Assembly: GCA_965223845.1 (NCBI GenBank) | Contig: CBDCXR010000004.1 | Location: forward strand, 7,328,001 to 7,392,000 | From: Planctomycetota bacterium | GTDB lineage: Bacteria > Planctomycetota > UBA8108 > SXIK01 | Reading direction: 5' to 3' | Length of the DNA stretch: 64,000 bases | Shown here: positions 30,673 to 40,495 of the stretch, one piece after another | Position numbering within the stretch: the stretch's first letter is position 1 | Layout of the letters: every line of letters starts with the position of its first letter | Notes under the pieces: model-generated | The model's database searches: none | What the model was told of the DNA's origin: nothing | The model's input: the letters and a program-made list of their open reading frames with translations, nothing else | Position numbers and translations under genes: made by a program

Positions 30673-32027
30673 CAGGCAACCTCCGTACTGAATGGCGGGG
30701 CATGGGAAGGAGGCAGTGAGCTACCCCGGTCCATTTTCGGTGGAGACTGGAAGACCTCCAGGGGAGGAACAGGAACGTTTACGTTTCCGTTGATGCCTTC
30801 GGTGCCCCAGAATCTCAACCGAGGGAGTTCCCCGCGCTGCCACTCGTCTACCTTCTTCGTCTCGCTTCCACACTTCCGACACTTGGTTGCCTCCCGCTCA
30901 CCGGCATCTTTCTGCACGTCCCGACCACCAGAGAGCTTCGTAGGAAGCGGACGATTCAGTAAACGGCAAAGCGCTGTGATCTTCTCTCTCTGCCCCCTCC
31001 CGTTAGCGAGGAAGCCGTAGTCGCGAGACTGCTTGAATCTCTTGGGGAGCGCGTGGCGAAGAAGACGAGTGATGAATTCTGGTACGCTAAGTGTCCAAGT
31101 CTTCTTGACGCGCTTTCGCTTGCCGTCGTTCCACTCCTCGCTCTCTAAAGTCACTTTACCATTGGTGTGGTCGATGATCTGCTCGTTGGAGATGGGACCC
31201 GTGGCGATCACCCTTCCAACGTAGCGGATCAGTGTGAGTGTTTCGTTCGTGGCTTTGATTTCGAACCAGAATCTCCATTCGAGGCTGGGGTTCTCCAAAT
31301 GCTTCCTGAGTTCCTGCGCGTCCTTCAGGTGCGCCTGCTTCCCGTAAAACTTCAGCTTCGGATGTACGGCAACGAGGCGTTCGATCATCTCCTCTCGAAA
31401 GACTCTTTCTAACAGCCGCTCAGGGAACGTGTCGTTTCGGAACCACTTGACACGCGAACGGTCAGCCGACAGTCCAACCGCCGGACCAATCATGTGTACG
31501 TGCGGATCGTAGAACAGATCCCCGGCTGCCGTCTGAACGACGGAGGTGAACCCGATTCCGGCTCCCAGCCTCTCCTCGGCGACTCTCTTCAGTGTCGCTG
31601 CCGTCGCGGCGAATAGGATATCCAGGACTATCCTTTTGTTGTCACCCCAGGCGAGCGATGCCAAGTCGGATGGTGGTTTCGGGACAGCGTGAAAGAATCT
31701 CACGTCAGGAGGATAGAGCGCTTTTCTGTTTGCCATCCACTTCGCCTTATCCTCGCGTCCGCATTTGGGGCAAAGCTTGTTTCCACAACTGAGGAACGAA
31801 GCTTGGCGATGTCCACATTCCTTGCAACTATGGACCCTTCCGCCGCACCTCAGCGTCTTGCAGATCGACATGGCGAGGAGCGCGTCTGCCTCTTCCCACG
31901 GGAGCCCACGATGCGCGTCGATGTAGGCGGAAGCATGCCGGCGAAGTAGATCCTGGACAGTGACCCTTCCCGTCTCTGGAGTCCTCTCAGAGTTCGTCGG
32001 GAGTTCCTTCGGGGGAGTGGAGATCAT
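30672..32027 (-). CDS. IS91-family-like HUH transposase/Rep protein
   Basis: N-terminal Zn domain (CKECG...SCGNKLCPKCG), HUH PHVHMI, RYVGR, ISNEQI, FITRLLRHALPKRFKQSRDYGFLAN, C-terminal CRKCG. Confidence 0.85.
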   Translation of the reverse strand: MISTPPKELPTNSERTPETGRVTVQDLLRRHASAYIDAHRGLPWEEADALLAMSICKTLRCGGRVHSCKECGHRQASFLSCGNKLCPKCGREDKAKWMANRKALYPPDVRFFHAVPKPPSDLASLAWGDNKRIVLDILFAATAATLKRVAEERLGAGIGFTSVVQTAAGDLFYDPHVHMIGPAVGLSADRSRVKWFRNDTFPERLLERVFREEMIERLVAVHPKLKFYGKQAHLKDAQELRKHLENPSLEWRFWFEIKATNETLTLIRYVGRVIATGPISNEQIIDHTNGKVTLESEEWNDGKRKRVKKTWTLSVPEFITRLLRHALPKRFKQSRDYGFLANGRGQREKITALCRLLNRPLPTKLSGGRDVQKDAGEREATKCRKCGSETKKVDEWQRGELPRLRFWGTEGINGNVNVPVPPLEVFQSPPKMDRGSSLPPSHAPPFSTEVA

Positions 32028-32494
32028 GGCTTCCCCTCCCCGTCAGGATCGCTCGCAGCGCCTACGTACTGCCACACCTTCAGCTCGCGGCTATGGGATT
32101 GCCGACGACGGCTCTTGACTCGCTCTCCGGTGAAGACCCAGCAACGTTGCTTGAACAGGCTTCCAGCGGCGTTGCCCAGATCGGAGTACCGAAGCCCGTC
32201 GCTTTCCAGGGCGACGCAAACGTCCTCGGCTGTGCATCGTCGGTCAGCGCGTGACAGGGCTATGCGAACCGATACCTTCCTCGCGTACTGTAGTGCGTCA
32301 CGATGGTTTCGTGCCGCCCGCTCCATCCCCTCGTGTTTCGCGACTTCGCTGGCGTCGCTGCGTCCGACATGACTCCTGCAAGTAGGTTCAGCGACTTCAT
32401 CAAGCGCGTCGCGCAATTCGTCGAGCTGCTGCGCTGAGAGACCAGAGAGCAAGTCTCGAACGCTCTGACGAAGAGGGTCTTGGGGAGCTGTCAC
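32024..32494 (-). CDS. Hypothetical protein, phage-like
   Basis: GGGAGGTG RBS before GTG; ATGA overlap with HUH gene; LGNAAGSLF...TGERVKS...HSRELKVW. Confidence 0.7.
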   Translation of the reverse strand: MTAPQDPLRQSVRDLLSGLSAQQLDELRDALDEVAEPTCRSHVGRSDASEVAKHEGMERAARNHRDALQYARKVSVRIALSRADRRCTAEDVCVALESDGLRYSDLGNAAGSLFKQRCWVFTGERVKSRRRQSHSRELKVWQYVGAASDPDGEGKP

Positions 32495-32593
32495 GCTGCA
32501 CCTCCCTTCTCACATCGCCCGAATGGCGAGGTCAGGAAGGTGAAGAAGCGATTAGCGTCAACCGCCCAGCAGTGAACGCCTTGGACGAGGCAT

Positions 32594-32646
32594 AAAAAAA
32601 GCCCGGAGCAGGATGTCAAACCCTCGACCGCAAAGCGGCTCCGGGC
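32594..32646 (-). ncRNA. C4-like structured RNA / attenuator
   Basis: Minus strand GCCCGGAGC...GCTCCGGGC stem enclosing two small hairpins, followed by T7; one hairpin is complementary to 32684-32694. Confidence 0.45.
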
Positions 32647-32939
32647 GCGGTGTTCAAATTCTATGCTGCTGGGGATCGATCTTGGGTTTGACATACGCAA
32701 TACTACGCGACCCTGACGGCGATTCCCAAAGCTTAGGGCGATGTGTGCTTTCATTCGCTCTATGCGTCGATGACCGCCAATCCGTTTTCTCCCGCCTATC
32801 TCTTAAGTCTCGGGGCGGTCTCTCATCTTCTACTTAGCGAACGCCTGGCAACGCCTATCGACGCATTACAAGCGGCTCCGATCGTGGGGTACGCTTACGT
32901 GAGGCTGATGCCTCTACGCGAACGGTTTGGAACTGACGA

Positions 32940-33557
32940 ATGGCATCACGAACAACTCGCGAAAGACGAGCTGCGCAGGGAAGATGCGTCGCCTGCGGAG
33001 AATCGAAGGCGCAGCCGGAGCGGCGACTGTGCTCGCCATGCCGGAGCGCTCTGGACAGGGTGAAAGTCTTGGCTCGCGCTCGTGGTTGGCGCGATGACCG
33101 ACCGCACTCCTCGATGCGCAAAGCGATGACGAAGCAGGAGGCGCGTCAGCGAAAACTCTGGAGAGCCGACGAACGACGTTTACGTCGGTCCAGGGAATCT
33201 GAAGCGGTAGTCGAACGTCAGGGGGCGGGCAAGAAGACGCTGGTCGGGGAGGATTCGACATCGCACGTCGCCAAGGCGGGGACCAGTACGGCTCAGGCAG
33301 CGACACCGGTTCCGCCGTCGAATGCGCCTGTCGTGTCTCCAACGTTGACAGAAGGAGAATCGGAGCAACGGATTTGGGAGACCAACCAAGCCTATTGGGA
33401 ACGGATTCGTGGCGAAACGGCTCACGATCTCGCAGCTCGCCTTCTTCGCGGAGGGCATGACGAACAGCGGCTCGTCACGCTCGTGTGCCGTCGATATGTG
33501 ATCCGCGCTGAAGTCGCGGAGGGAATCGTTGACCGCGCTTGGGATGAGGTTGAATGA
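32940..33557 (+). CDS. Hypothetical protein with N-terminal Zn finger
   Basis: CVACG...CSPC; ATGA overlap with next gene. Confidence 0.55.
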   Translation: MASRTTRERRAAQGRCVACGESKAQPERRLCSPCRSALDRVKVLARARGWRDDRPHSSMRKAMTKQEARQRKLWRADERRLRRSRESEAVVERQGAGKKTLVGEDSTSHVAKAGTSTAQAATPVPPSNAPVVSPTLTEGESEQRIWETNQAYWERIRGETAHDLAARLLRGGHDEQRLVTLVCRRYVIRAEVAEGIVDRAWDEVE

Positions 33558-34252
33558 AGGGGCAGCGAATGATGCCGAAGTTGGAAGACGCTTTTGAACT
33601 GACAGCGCGAGAAGCTTGGAACCGCAGCTCCCTTGAGGAACGATCGACCTTCAAGCGCGGTCCCTACCAGCTCAGCGTTGCGCTTGAACGTCGGGACGGC
33701 AGCGAATCGAAGCGTGTCGTCGTGAAGTACGCCCTCGCAGACGAATGCGGAAGCCAGATTCTGTCGGAGCGCGAGCAGGAACTCGTTGTCGATGATTGCC
33801 CGCGTCAGTTCGGTGGTTCGGAGCCGCTTCTTCGATGCCCAAGCTGTTCGCGGCGCTGTCGTGTGCTGTTCATGCATCCGAGTGCAACGCGGTTCTCATG
33901 TCGGGAGTGTTCGGCGCTGTCACACGGCAAGCGCGAACGTAGACGAAAGCGTGGCAGGGTAAGACTCGACTCGTCCGAGATCGAGGAATTGTTGGTGAAT
34001 TGGAAGCGCCCAGCCCCAGATCCGCTCACGAATCTGATTCAAGCGCTACTCGCCTGTCCTCCCGAGGTGGGAGCTACCGGATACAGAGCGATCGAACCCT
34101 TCATCATCAGCAAGTATCAAGCGTTCCTGGCGGACCAAGCGAGACTTGCCGAGCGCGATCAATCCGAGCTGGACGCGACGCTGCGGCGCTATCGGGAAAT
34201 CTTGAAACGACTGGAGTCTGACAGCGCGGCGTCAGACGGGTGCCCTCAGTGA
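33554..34252 (+). CDS. Hypothetical Zn-ribbon protein
   Basis: FGGSEPLLRCPSCSRRCRVLF...FSCRECSALSH. Confidence 0.7.
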   Translation: MKGQRMMPKLEDAFELTAREAWNRSSLEERSTFKRGPYQLSVALERRDGSESKRVVVKYALADECGSQILSEREQELVVDDCPRQFGGSEPLLRCPSCSRRCRVLFMHPSATRFSCRECSALSHGKRERRRKRGRVRLDSSEIEELLVNWKRPAPDPLTNLIQALLACPPEVGATGYRAIEPFIISKYQAFLADQARLAERDQSELDATLRRYREILKRLESDSAASDGCPQ

Positions 34253-34316
34253 ATCCATCGAAATCCACTTGTTGTCTTCACCCGTGCCGGATCGGTCGAA
34301 CGCCACGGTCGGCACT

Positions 34317-35357
34317 TTACTCCGGTGTTGGAGAGCTTTGCAGCACACCCGAATCTTCGCCCTCCACCGGGCGCAAAGCGGATCGCGCAAGGTGTTGCTT
34401 CATCTCGTCCTCGCTCAGCCGGCGGATATCCGACTCGCGGATATTCTCGTGGAAGCCGCAGCTTAGCGCGCCTGCATGCTTCGCCCACGGTTTCTCGAAA
34501 TGGTCGTCGTCCTGGGGTCTCGTGAACTGCACCGTCGCCGGATCGACCCCGCCACGGATCTTCAGAAACGACTGAAGGTTTCTGATTGATAGCGCGAGCA
34601 TCATGAGACCGTGCGCGACGTTTTCGACATCCCAGTTGAGGCTGTGTTCCTTGACGCGGAAATGTGGGTCACGCTTGCCTGCTGGACTCCCGTCTATGGG
34701 GGCGGCTTCATGGAAAGTGCTGCCCCATCGGCTGCTTCCGAGGCTGCTCATGTTTTCGAGTGCAGCCGGTATTCCTGGTGTCTCTTCCAGCCCAAACCGT
34801 AGCTCGAAGCCACCAGGTCGGATTCTCAACCCATGCTTCGCGCAATTGTACTCGCGGGTGTGGAGGTGATTCTGAAAATCACTCCCGAACCGACGCCACA
34901 GGATCGAGAACAACTCTCGCGTTTTTTCGAGTTTTGCTTCGTCATCGTAGGAGAAGAGAAGGACTCGGCTGGCAACGTCTGCCCACGAGACCCGTTCAAG
35001 TCCGAGACGATTCAGAAGGCGGTCACCGACATCGAGTGCGTTCAGAATCTCTCGTAGGTGGCGCGGTTGGCACTTCTGAAACCAACCCACCACGCATTCC
35101 GGGGCTTGAATCGACGCACCAAGAAGCATGAAGAACGTTTCGAGCGCATGGTGGTAGCCCGACCGCATTGACATTGCGGCGTAGTGGCGTTCGTCGCATT
35201 CCACTTTCTCGATGTGTGTGGTAGCCAGATACTCGAAGTACGCCGGGTCGATGCTCTCGACGAAAGATAAGTTGCGACGGGTCAGGTCGCCGTCCCACAT
35301 ACAGTAGGCTCGGTCAACAACCAGGAAAGGCGCGCCTTCCATCGAATGATTCTCCAT
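34317..35357 (-). CDS. Hypothetical protein, possible HEPN-like RNase
   Basis: 346-aa largely helical protein with YHHALETF and REYNCAKHG motifs. Confidence 0.6.
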   Translation of the reverse strand: MENHSMEGAPFLVVDRAYCMWDGDLTRRNLSFVESIDPAYFEYLATTHIEKVECDERHYAAMSMRSGYHHALETFFMLLGASIQAPECVVGWFQKCQPRHLREILNALDVGDRLLNRLGLERVSWADVASRVLLFSYDDEAKLEKTRELFSILWRRFGSDFQNHLHTREYNCAKHGLRIRPGGFELRFGLEETPGIPAALENMSSLGSSRWGSTFHEAAPIDGSPAGKRDPHFRVKEHSLNWDVENVAHGLMMLALSIRNLQSFLKIRGGVDPATVQFTRPQDDDHFEKPWAKHAGALSCGFHENIRESDIRRLSEDEMKQHLARSALRPVEGEDSGVLQSSPTPE

Positions 35358-35538
35358 TCACTTCTCTGCTCAGTGCTATTGCCAACTGGTAGCCTAACAC
35401 CGATTCTCGCGCTTGTCCCGAATTGCGCTGCAACCGGCGTGCCACAGCATTTTTTGGTGCTAACGAACAATAGGGTTCCCTCTTGGACGCTATGACACCA
35501 TGATGATATGCTTGTCTGACACCTCAGAGAAAGAGTCC

Positions 35539-36276
35539 GTGAACAATACTGCCGCCTGCGACAACAACCGTGCCGTCGCCTATGTCCGCGTTAGCACTGA
35601 CGAGCAAGCCCAGGAGGGTGTGAGCCTGGCTCTCCAGGAGCGTCACGTCCGAGTGTATTGTGACCTGAAGGGGCTTGAACTCGTCGATATCATTCGGGAC
35701 GAGGGGATCTCAGCGTCGAAACCCCTCAGCGACCGTCGTGGTGGAGCGGAATTTCTGCGGACTCTCGCCTCGGGCGAAATCGCAAACGTGATCTCGCTCA
35801 AATTGGATCGGTTCTTTCGGAGCGCGTCCGACGCGCTCAACGAGACCAAGCGTTGGGATAAGGCTGGGGTTGCCCTTCATCTCGTGGACCAGGGCGGGGC
35901 GACCATCGACACGAAGAACTCGACGGGGAAGCTGTTCTTCACGCTCCTCGCGGCAATGGCTGAGTTCGAGCGGAACTTGATCTCCGAACGGACTACAGCG
36001 GCTATGCGACACCTTAAGACAGTGCGCCGAGCATACTCGCCGACGCCCTTCGGCTTCGACCGGATTGACGACGAACTCCGGGAGAATGCGGACGAACTCC
36101 GGGTCGTCAAACGAATCCGGGAGATGCGAGCCGGCGAATTGTCGCTCGGCAAGATCGCTGCCACTCTGAACCGGGAAGGTGTCCCCACGAAGACGGGGAA
36201 GAAGTGGCATGGGAGCACGGTCCACTATATTCTTCGGAACCAGCTCTACCAGGAGGTCGGAGTCGCTTCGGACTAA
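35539..36276 (+). CDS. Serine recombinase (resolvase domain plus short recombinase/HTH domain)
   Basis: AYVRVSTDEQ catalytic Ser, KLDRFFRS, AEFERNLISERT, PFGF, IAATLNREGVPTKTGKKW. Confidence 0.92.
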   Translation: MNNTAACDNNRAVAYVRVSTDEQAQEGVSLALQERHVRVYCDLKGLELVDIIRDEGISASKPLSDRRGGAEFLRTLASGEIANVISLKLDRFFRSASDALNETKRWDKAGVALHLVDQGGATIDTKNSTGKLFFTLLAAMAEFERNLISERTTAAMRHLKTVRRAYSPTPFGFDRIDDELRENADELRVVKRIREMRAGELSLGKIAATLNREGVPTKTGKKWHGSTVHYILRNQLYQEVGVASD

Positions 36277-36502
36277 CGGATCGCGGACGCCCCGCCGCTG
36301 AAGGGGTGAACAGAATTTCCGTGCGTCCCAATCCGGTTCCCCGCGCTCGGGACCCGCAACGGCGACAACTGTTTCTTTCGCGGGCGTGAGTGGAACCGTC
36401 AAGGTTTATTCCCCCGGCGGAGTGCTCGATTGCCGTCAAGGGACAGGGGGACTAAAGTACCCATTGGCTCATGTTGGAAGCGACACTGGCTCGAATCGGC
36501 TA

Positions 36503-37897
36503 ATGCTACTCACAATAACGAACAGAACTCCTGTTGCGACGGATCTCGGGTTTCTTCTACACAAGAACCCCTCGCGGCGTCAGTCCTTCAATCTTGCCTA
36601 CGGCAGAGCCCACGTGTTCTACCCAGAAGCGTCAGAGGAACGCTGCACCGCCGCACTCCTTCTGGACGTGGACCCCATCGGCTTGGTGCGGAACCGTAGG
36701 GGACCCGCCGGGGAAGGGTACACACTCGCTCAGTACGTCAACGACCGCCCCTACGTCGGTTCGTCACTTCTCAGCGTCGCCATCGCGCAGGTCTACGGTA
36801 CAGCACTTCAGGGACGCAGCAAACAACGGCAGGAACTCGCCGAGCAGCCCCTTTCGCTTGCGGCACGGCTCGCCGTTCTTCCCTGTCGAGGTGGGGAGGT
36901 CTTTCTGCGAAAGCTTTTTGAGCCGTTGGGCTACGAGGTCAGCGCGACACGCCATGTACTCGACGAGCAGTTCCCCGACTGGGGAGAGAGTTCTTACTTT
37001 ACGGTAGACATCGAGGGCGAAGTCCGCCTCCAGGACCTTTTGAGCCACCTCTACGTGCTGATCCCGGTTCTCGACAACGACAAGCACTACTTCGTCTCTC
37101 AGGACGAAGTGGAGAAGCTACTCAAGCGCGGCGAAGGGTGGCTGGCATCGCACCCCGCACGTGATGAGATCACGCGGCGGTTCTTGAAACACCAGAAGGG
37201 GCTCGCGAGACAAGCTCTTGCCCGGTTGACGGAGGATTCCGACCCGGACGAAACGGATGAAGTTCAAGCGCAGGAAGAAGCAGAAGTCGAGGAGACCATC
37301 AGCCTCAATGAGCAGCGCATGGGGTCGGTGGTAGCCGCGTTGCGAGGATGCGGGGCGAAGACCGTTATCGACTTGGGTTGCGGGGAGGGAAAGCTCCTTC
37401 AGGAGCTGTTCAAGGACCGCTCGTTTGAGAAAGTTGTCGGAATGGATGTGTCCATTCGGGCGCTTGAGAAGGCGCAAGCCAGGCTTCGATGGGATCGTCT
37501 GCCCGACATTCAAAAGAGTCGCATCGCCCTCTTCCAGGGCTCGCTGATGTACCGAGACCGGAGACTGGAGGGTTTCGATGCTGCTGCCGTTGTCGAAGTC
37601 ATCGAACATCTCGATCCGCCACGACTCGCTGCGTTCGAGCGCGTGGTCTTCGAGTTTGCCCGTCCCCGCGCTGCCGTCGTGACCACACCGAATGTCGAGT
37701 ACAACGTCAAGTTCGAGACGCTTCCGGCGGGACGATTTCGCCACCGCGACCATCGGTTCGAGTGGACTCGAAGTGAGTTCCAGGGCTGGGCAGAAAACGT
37801 GGCGGCTCGATTCGGGTACCGAGCACGGTTTCTCCCGGTCGGAACCGAGCTGGCAGACGTGGGCTCTCCGACCCAGATGGCGGTGTTCGAGCGATGA
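36503..37897 (+). CDS. hen1: Hen1 RNA 3'-terminal 2'-O-methyltransferase
   Basis: MLLTI...ATDLGFLLHKNP, YVNDRPY, HLYVLIPVLDNDKHY, DLGCGEG, EVIEH, RHRDHRFEWTR. Confidence 0.97.
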   Translation: MLLTITNRTPVATDLGFLLHKNPSRRQSFNLAYGRAHVFYPEASEERCTAALLLDVDPIGLVRNRRGPAGEGYTLAQYVNDRPYVGSSLLSVAIAQVYGTALQGRSKQRQELAEQPLSLAARLAVLPCRGGEVFLRKLFEPLGYEVSATRHVLDEQFPDWGESSYFTVDIEGEVRLQDLLSHLYVLIPVLDNDKHYFVSQDEVEKLLKRGEGWLASHPARDEITRRFLKHQKGLARQALARLTEDSDPDETDEVQAQEEAEVEETISLNEQRMGSVVAALRGCGAKTVIDLGCGEGKLLQELFKDRSFEKVVGMDVSIRALEKAQARLRWDRLPDIQKSRIALFQGSLMYRDRRLEGFDAAAVVEVIEHLDPPRLAAFERVVFEFARPRAAVVTTPNVEYNVKFETLPAGRFRHRDHRFEWTRSEFQGWAENVAARFGYRARFLPVGTELADVGSPTQMAVFER

Positions 37898-40482
37898 AAG
37901 TCACGGTACCCGAGCTTTCTCTCGTTATTCTGATGGGACCTTCCGGGTCAGGGAAGTCTACGTTTGCACGGAAGCACTTCTTGCCGACCGAAGTCCTGAG
38001 TTCTGATTACTGTCGAGGACTCATATCGGACGACGAGAACGATCAAACCGTCACGGATCATGCCTTCGAGCTGCTTCACTTCATCGCGGCGAAGCGCTTG
38101 ACGAAGAAACGGCTTACGGTCATCGATGCGACGAACGTGCACGCGGAAGACCGCAAGAAACTTGTCGCCCTCGCCCGTGAGTATCACGTCCTTCCTGTCG
38201 CGATCGTCCTCAACCTGCCTGAAAGGCTCTGTCAGGACAGGAACAAGGAGCGCTCCGATCGGAACTTCGGTCCGCACGTCATCAACCAGCAGCGTCGGGC
38301 TCTGAGGAGGTCTCTCAGAACCCTGAAGAAGGAGGGCTTTCGCCACACGTTCGTCTTCAAGACGCCGGAGGAAGTCGAGGGTGCCACCCTCGAACGCACC
38401 AAGCTCTGGACGGACCGGCGTGACGAGCACGGACCGTTCGACATCATCGGCGACGTTCACGGTTGCTACGACGAGCTGGAGGAATTGCTCGGGACGCTCG
38501 GCTACGGAGCGACTGAGCGAGAGCCCGCAGGTCCTCTGGAATCCTCGCGGGTATACACACACCCTGACGGTCGAAAGATCGTGTTTGTCGGCGATCTCGT
38601 CGATCGTGGACCACGGAGTCTCGATACTCTCCGGCTTGCCTACACGATGGTGAAGGATGGTCTCGCGATCTGCGTGCCCGGAAACCACGACATCAAATTC
38701 TTGCGAAAGCTTCGTGGGAAGAACGTCCAGATCACGCACGGGCTTGCGGAAACGTTGGCTGAGCTGGAGTCTCTGCCGACCGACATCCGTCCGGGATTCG
38801 AGCAGGAAGCAGCGCGCTTCATCGACGGGCTCGTGAGTCACTTTCTTCTCGACGACGGCAAGCTTGTGGTCGCGCACGCCGGAATGCGGGAGGACATGCA
38901 AGGACGAGCGTCTGGGAAGATCCGCGAGTTCGCTCTGTTCGGCGAGACTACCGGCGAGACCGACGAGTTCGGGCTTCCCGTGCGACACGATTGGGCGTCA
39001 GAGTACCGGGGAAGTGCGATGGTCGTGTACGGTCATACTCCGATACCTGAGCCGGAGTGGCTGAACCGAACGATCAATATCGACACCGGATGCGTTTTTG
39101 GCGGGAAGCTGACCGCGCTTCGCTACCCAGAGAAGGAACTCGTTTCTGTCGAAGCGCGGCAGACCTACGCAGAATCGCGACGACCGTTTCTGCCGGAGGA
39201 GGAGCAGGCTCCGAAACTCTCAGCGCAGCACGAGCACGACGACGTTCTCTATGTCGAAGATGTGAGCGGGAAGAGGCAGGTTCACACCCGATTGCGGAAG
39301 GCGGTGACGATCCGCGAGGAGAACGCCATTGCTGCTCTGGAGGTCATGACTCGCTTTGCCGCGAACCCGAAGTGGTTGATCTACTTGCCACCCACGATGT
39401 CTCCGTCCGAGACCAGCAAGGAAGGCGGGCTTCTGGAGCATCCGCAAGAGGCGTTTAGCTTCTACCGAAGTCGAGGAGTCCCGAAGGTCGTCTGCGAAGA
39501 AAAGCACATGGGTTCGCGGGCTGTTGTGATCGTTTGTAAGGACGAAGGCGTCGCTCGCGAACGATTCGGCGTCGAGGCGGACGGGGCGGGGATCTGCTAC
39601 ACAAGAACCGGACGACGATTCTTCAATGACCGGGCGCTCGAATCTGAGTTCATCGATCGCGTGAAACGTGCGTTCGATGAGTCGGAGATGTGGGGCGAGT
39701 TGGACTCGGATTGGGCATGCCTTGATTGCGAGTTGATGCCGTGGTCCGCGAAAGCTCAGGAACTGCTTCAGCACCAGTACGCGGCTGTCGGTGCGTCGGC
39801 GAAGGCTGCACTGGCGGAAGTCCTTCCCGCTCTTCGAGGTGCCGTAGAACGCGACTGCGAGATTCAGGAGCTTGTTGACCGCTACTCGCATCGAGCGGAA
39901 CTCGTCACACAGTACACGCAGGCATACCGACAGTATTGTTGGTCAGTGTCCAGCGTCGATGACCTGAAGCTCGCTCCTTTCCATATTCTCGCGACCGAAG
40001 GCTCGACGCACGTAGACAAAGACCACGTGTGGCACATGGAGACGATCAAGCGATTCTGCGGAGTCGATGAGAGCCTACTCCTTTCGACGCCGTACCTCGT
40101 CGTCGATTTGATGGACCCCGCGAGCGAAGAGGCGGGAATTCGGTGGTGGGAGAAGCTGACCGGCGACGGCGGAGAGGGGATGGTCGTCAAGCCTCTCGAT
40201 TTCATCGCAGTCGGGAAGCGCGGATTGATGCAACCGGCAGTGAAATGCCGGGGTAAGGAGTACCTGCGGATCATTTACGGACCGGAGTACACCATCCCGG
40301 AGCACCTGGAGCGTCTGCGCGGGCGAGGGCTGTCGGCAAAGCGGTCGTTGGCGCTTCGAGAGTTCGCCCTGGGCGTCGAATCGCTCGAACGGTTCGTTCG
40401 GAAGGAACCGCTACGCCGCGTCCACGAATGTGTGTTCGGAGTTCTTGCGTTGGAGAGTGAGCCGGTCGATCCGCGCCTTTGA
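37894..40482 (+). CDS. pnkp: Polynucleotide kinase-phosphatase-ligase Pnkp
   Basis: Kinase GPSGSGKST and DATN; metallophosphoesterase GDVHG, GDLVDRG, GNH, GHTP, DTG; ligase EEKHMGSR, EGMVVKP; C-terminal ESEPVDPRL. Confidence 0.97.
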   Translation: MKVTVPELSLVILMGPSGSGKSTFARKHFLPTEVLSSDYCRGLISDDENDQTVTDHAFELLHFIAAKRLTKKRLTVIDATNVHAEDRKKLVALAREYHVLPVAIVLNLPERLCQDRNKERSDRNFGPHVINQQRRALRRSLRTLKKEGFRHTFVFKTPEEVEGATLERTKLWTDRRDEHGPFDIIGDVHGCYDELEELLGTLGYGATEREPAGPLESSRVYTHPDGRKIVFVGDLVDRGPRSLDTLRLAYTMVKDGLAICVPGNHDIKFLRKLRGKNVQITHGLAETLAELESLPTDIRPGFEQEAARFIDGLVSHFLLDDGKLVVAHAGMREDMQGRASGKIREFALFGETTGETDEFGLPVRHDWASEYRGSAMVVYGHTPIPEPEWLNRTINIDTGCVFGGKLTALRYPEKELVSVEARQTYAESRRPFLPEEEQAPKLSAQHEHDDVLYVEDVSGKRQVHTRLRKAVTIREENAIAALEVMTRFAANPKWLIYLPPTMSPSETSKEGGLLEHPQEAFSFYRSRGVPKVVCEEKHMGSRAVVIVCKDEGVARERFGVEADGAGICYTRTGRRFFNDRALESEFIDRVKRAFDESEMWGELDSDWACLDCELMPWSAKAQELLQHQYAAVGASAKAALAEVLPALRGAVERDCEIQELVDRYSHRAELVTQYTQAYRQYCWSVSSVDDLKLAPFHILATEGSTHVDKDHVWHMETIKRFCGVDESLLLSTPYLVVDLMDPASEEAGIRWWEKLTGDGGEGMVVKPLDFIAVGKRGLMQPAVKCRGKEYLRIIYGPEYTIPEHLERLRGRGLSAKRSLALREFALGVESLERFVRKEPLRRVHECVFGVLALESEPVDPRL

Positions 40483-40495
40483 TCGGAGGTGTCGA

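Noticed and set aside
35465-35478. LexA box upstream of the island serine recombinase
   Set aside because: GAAC and GTTC are separated by 6 nt rather than 4.
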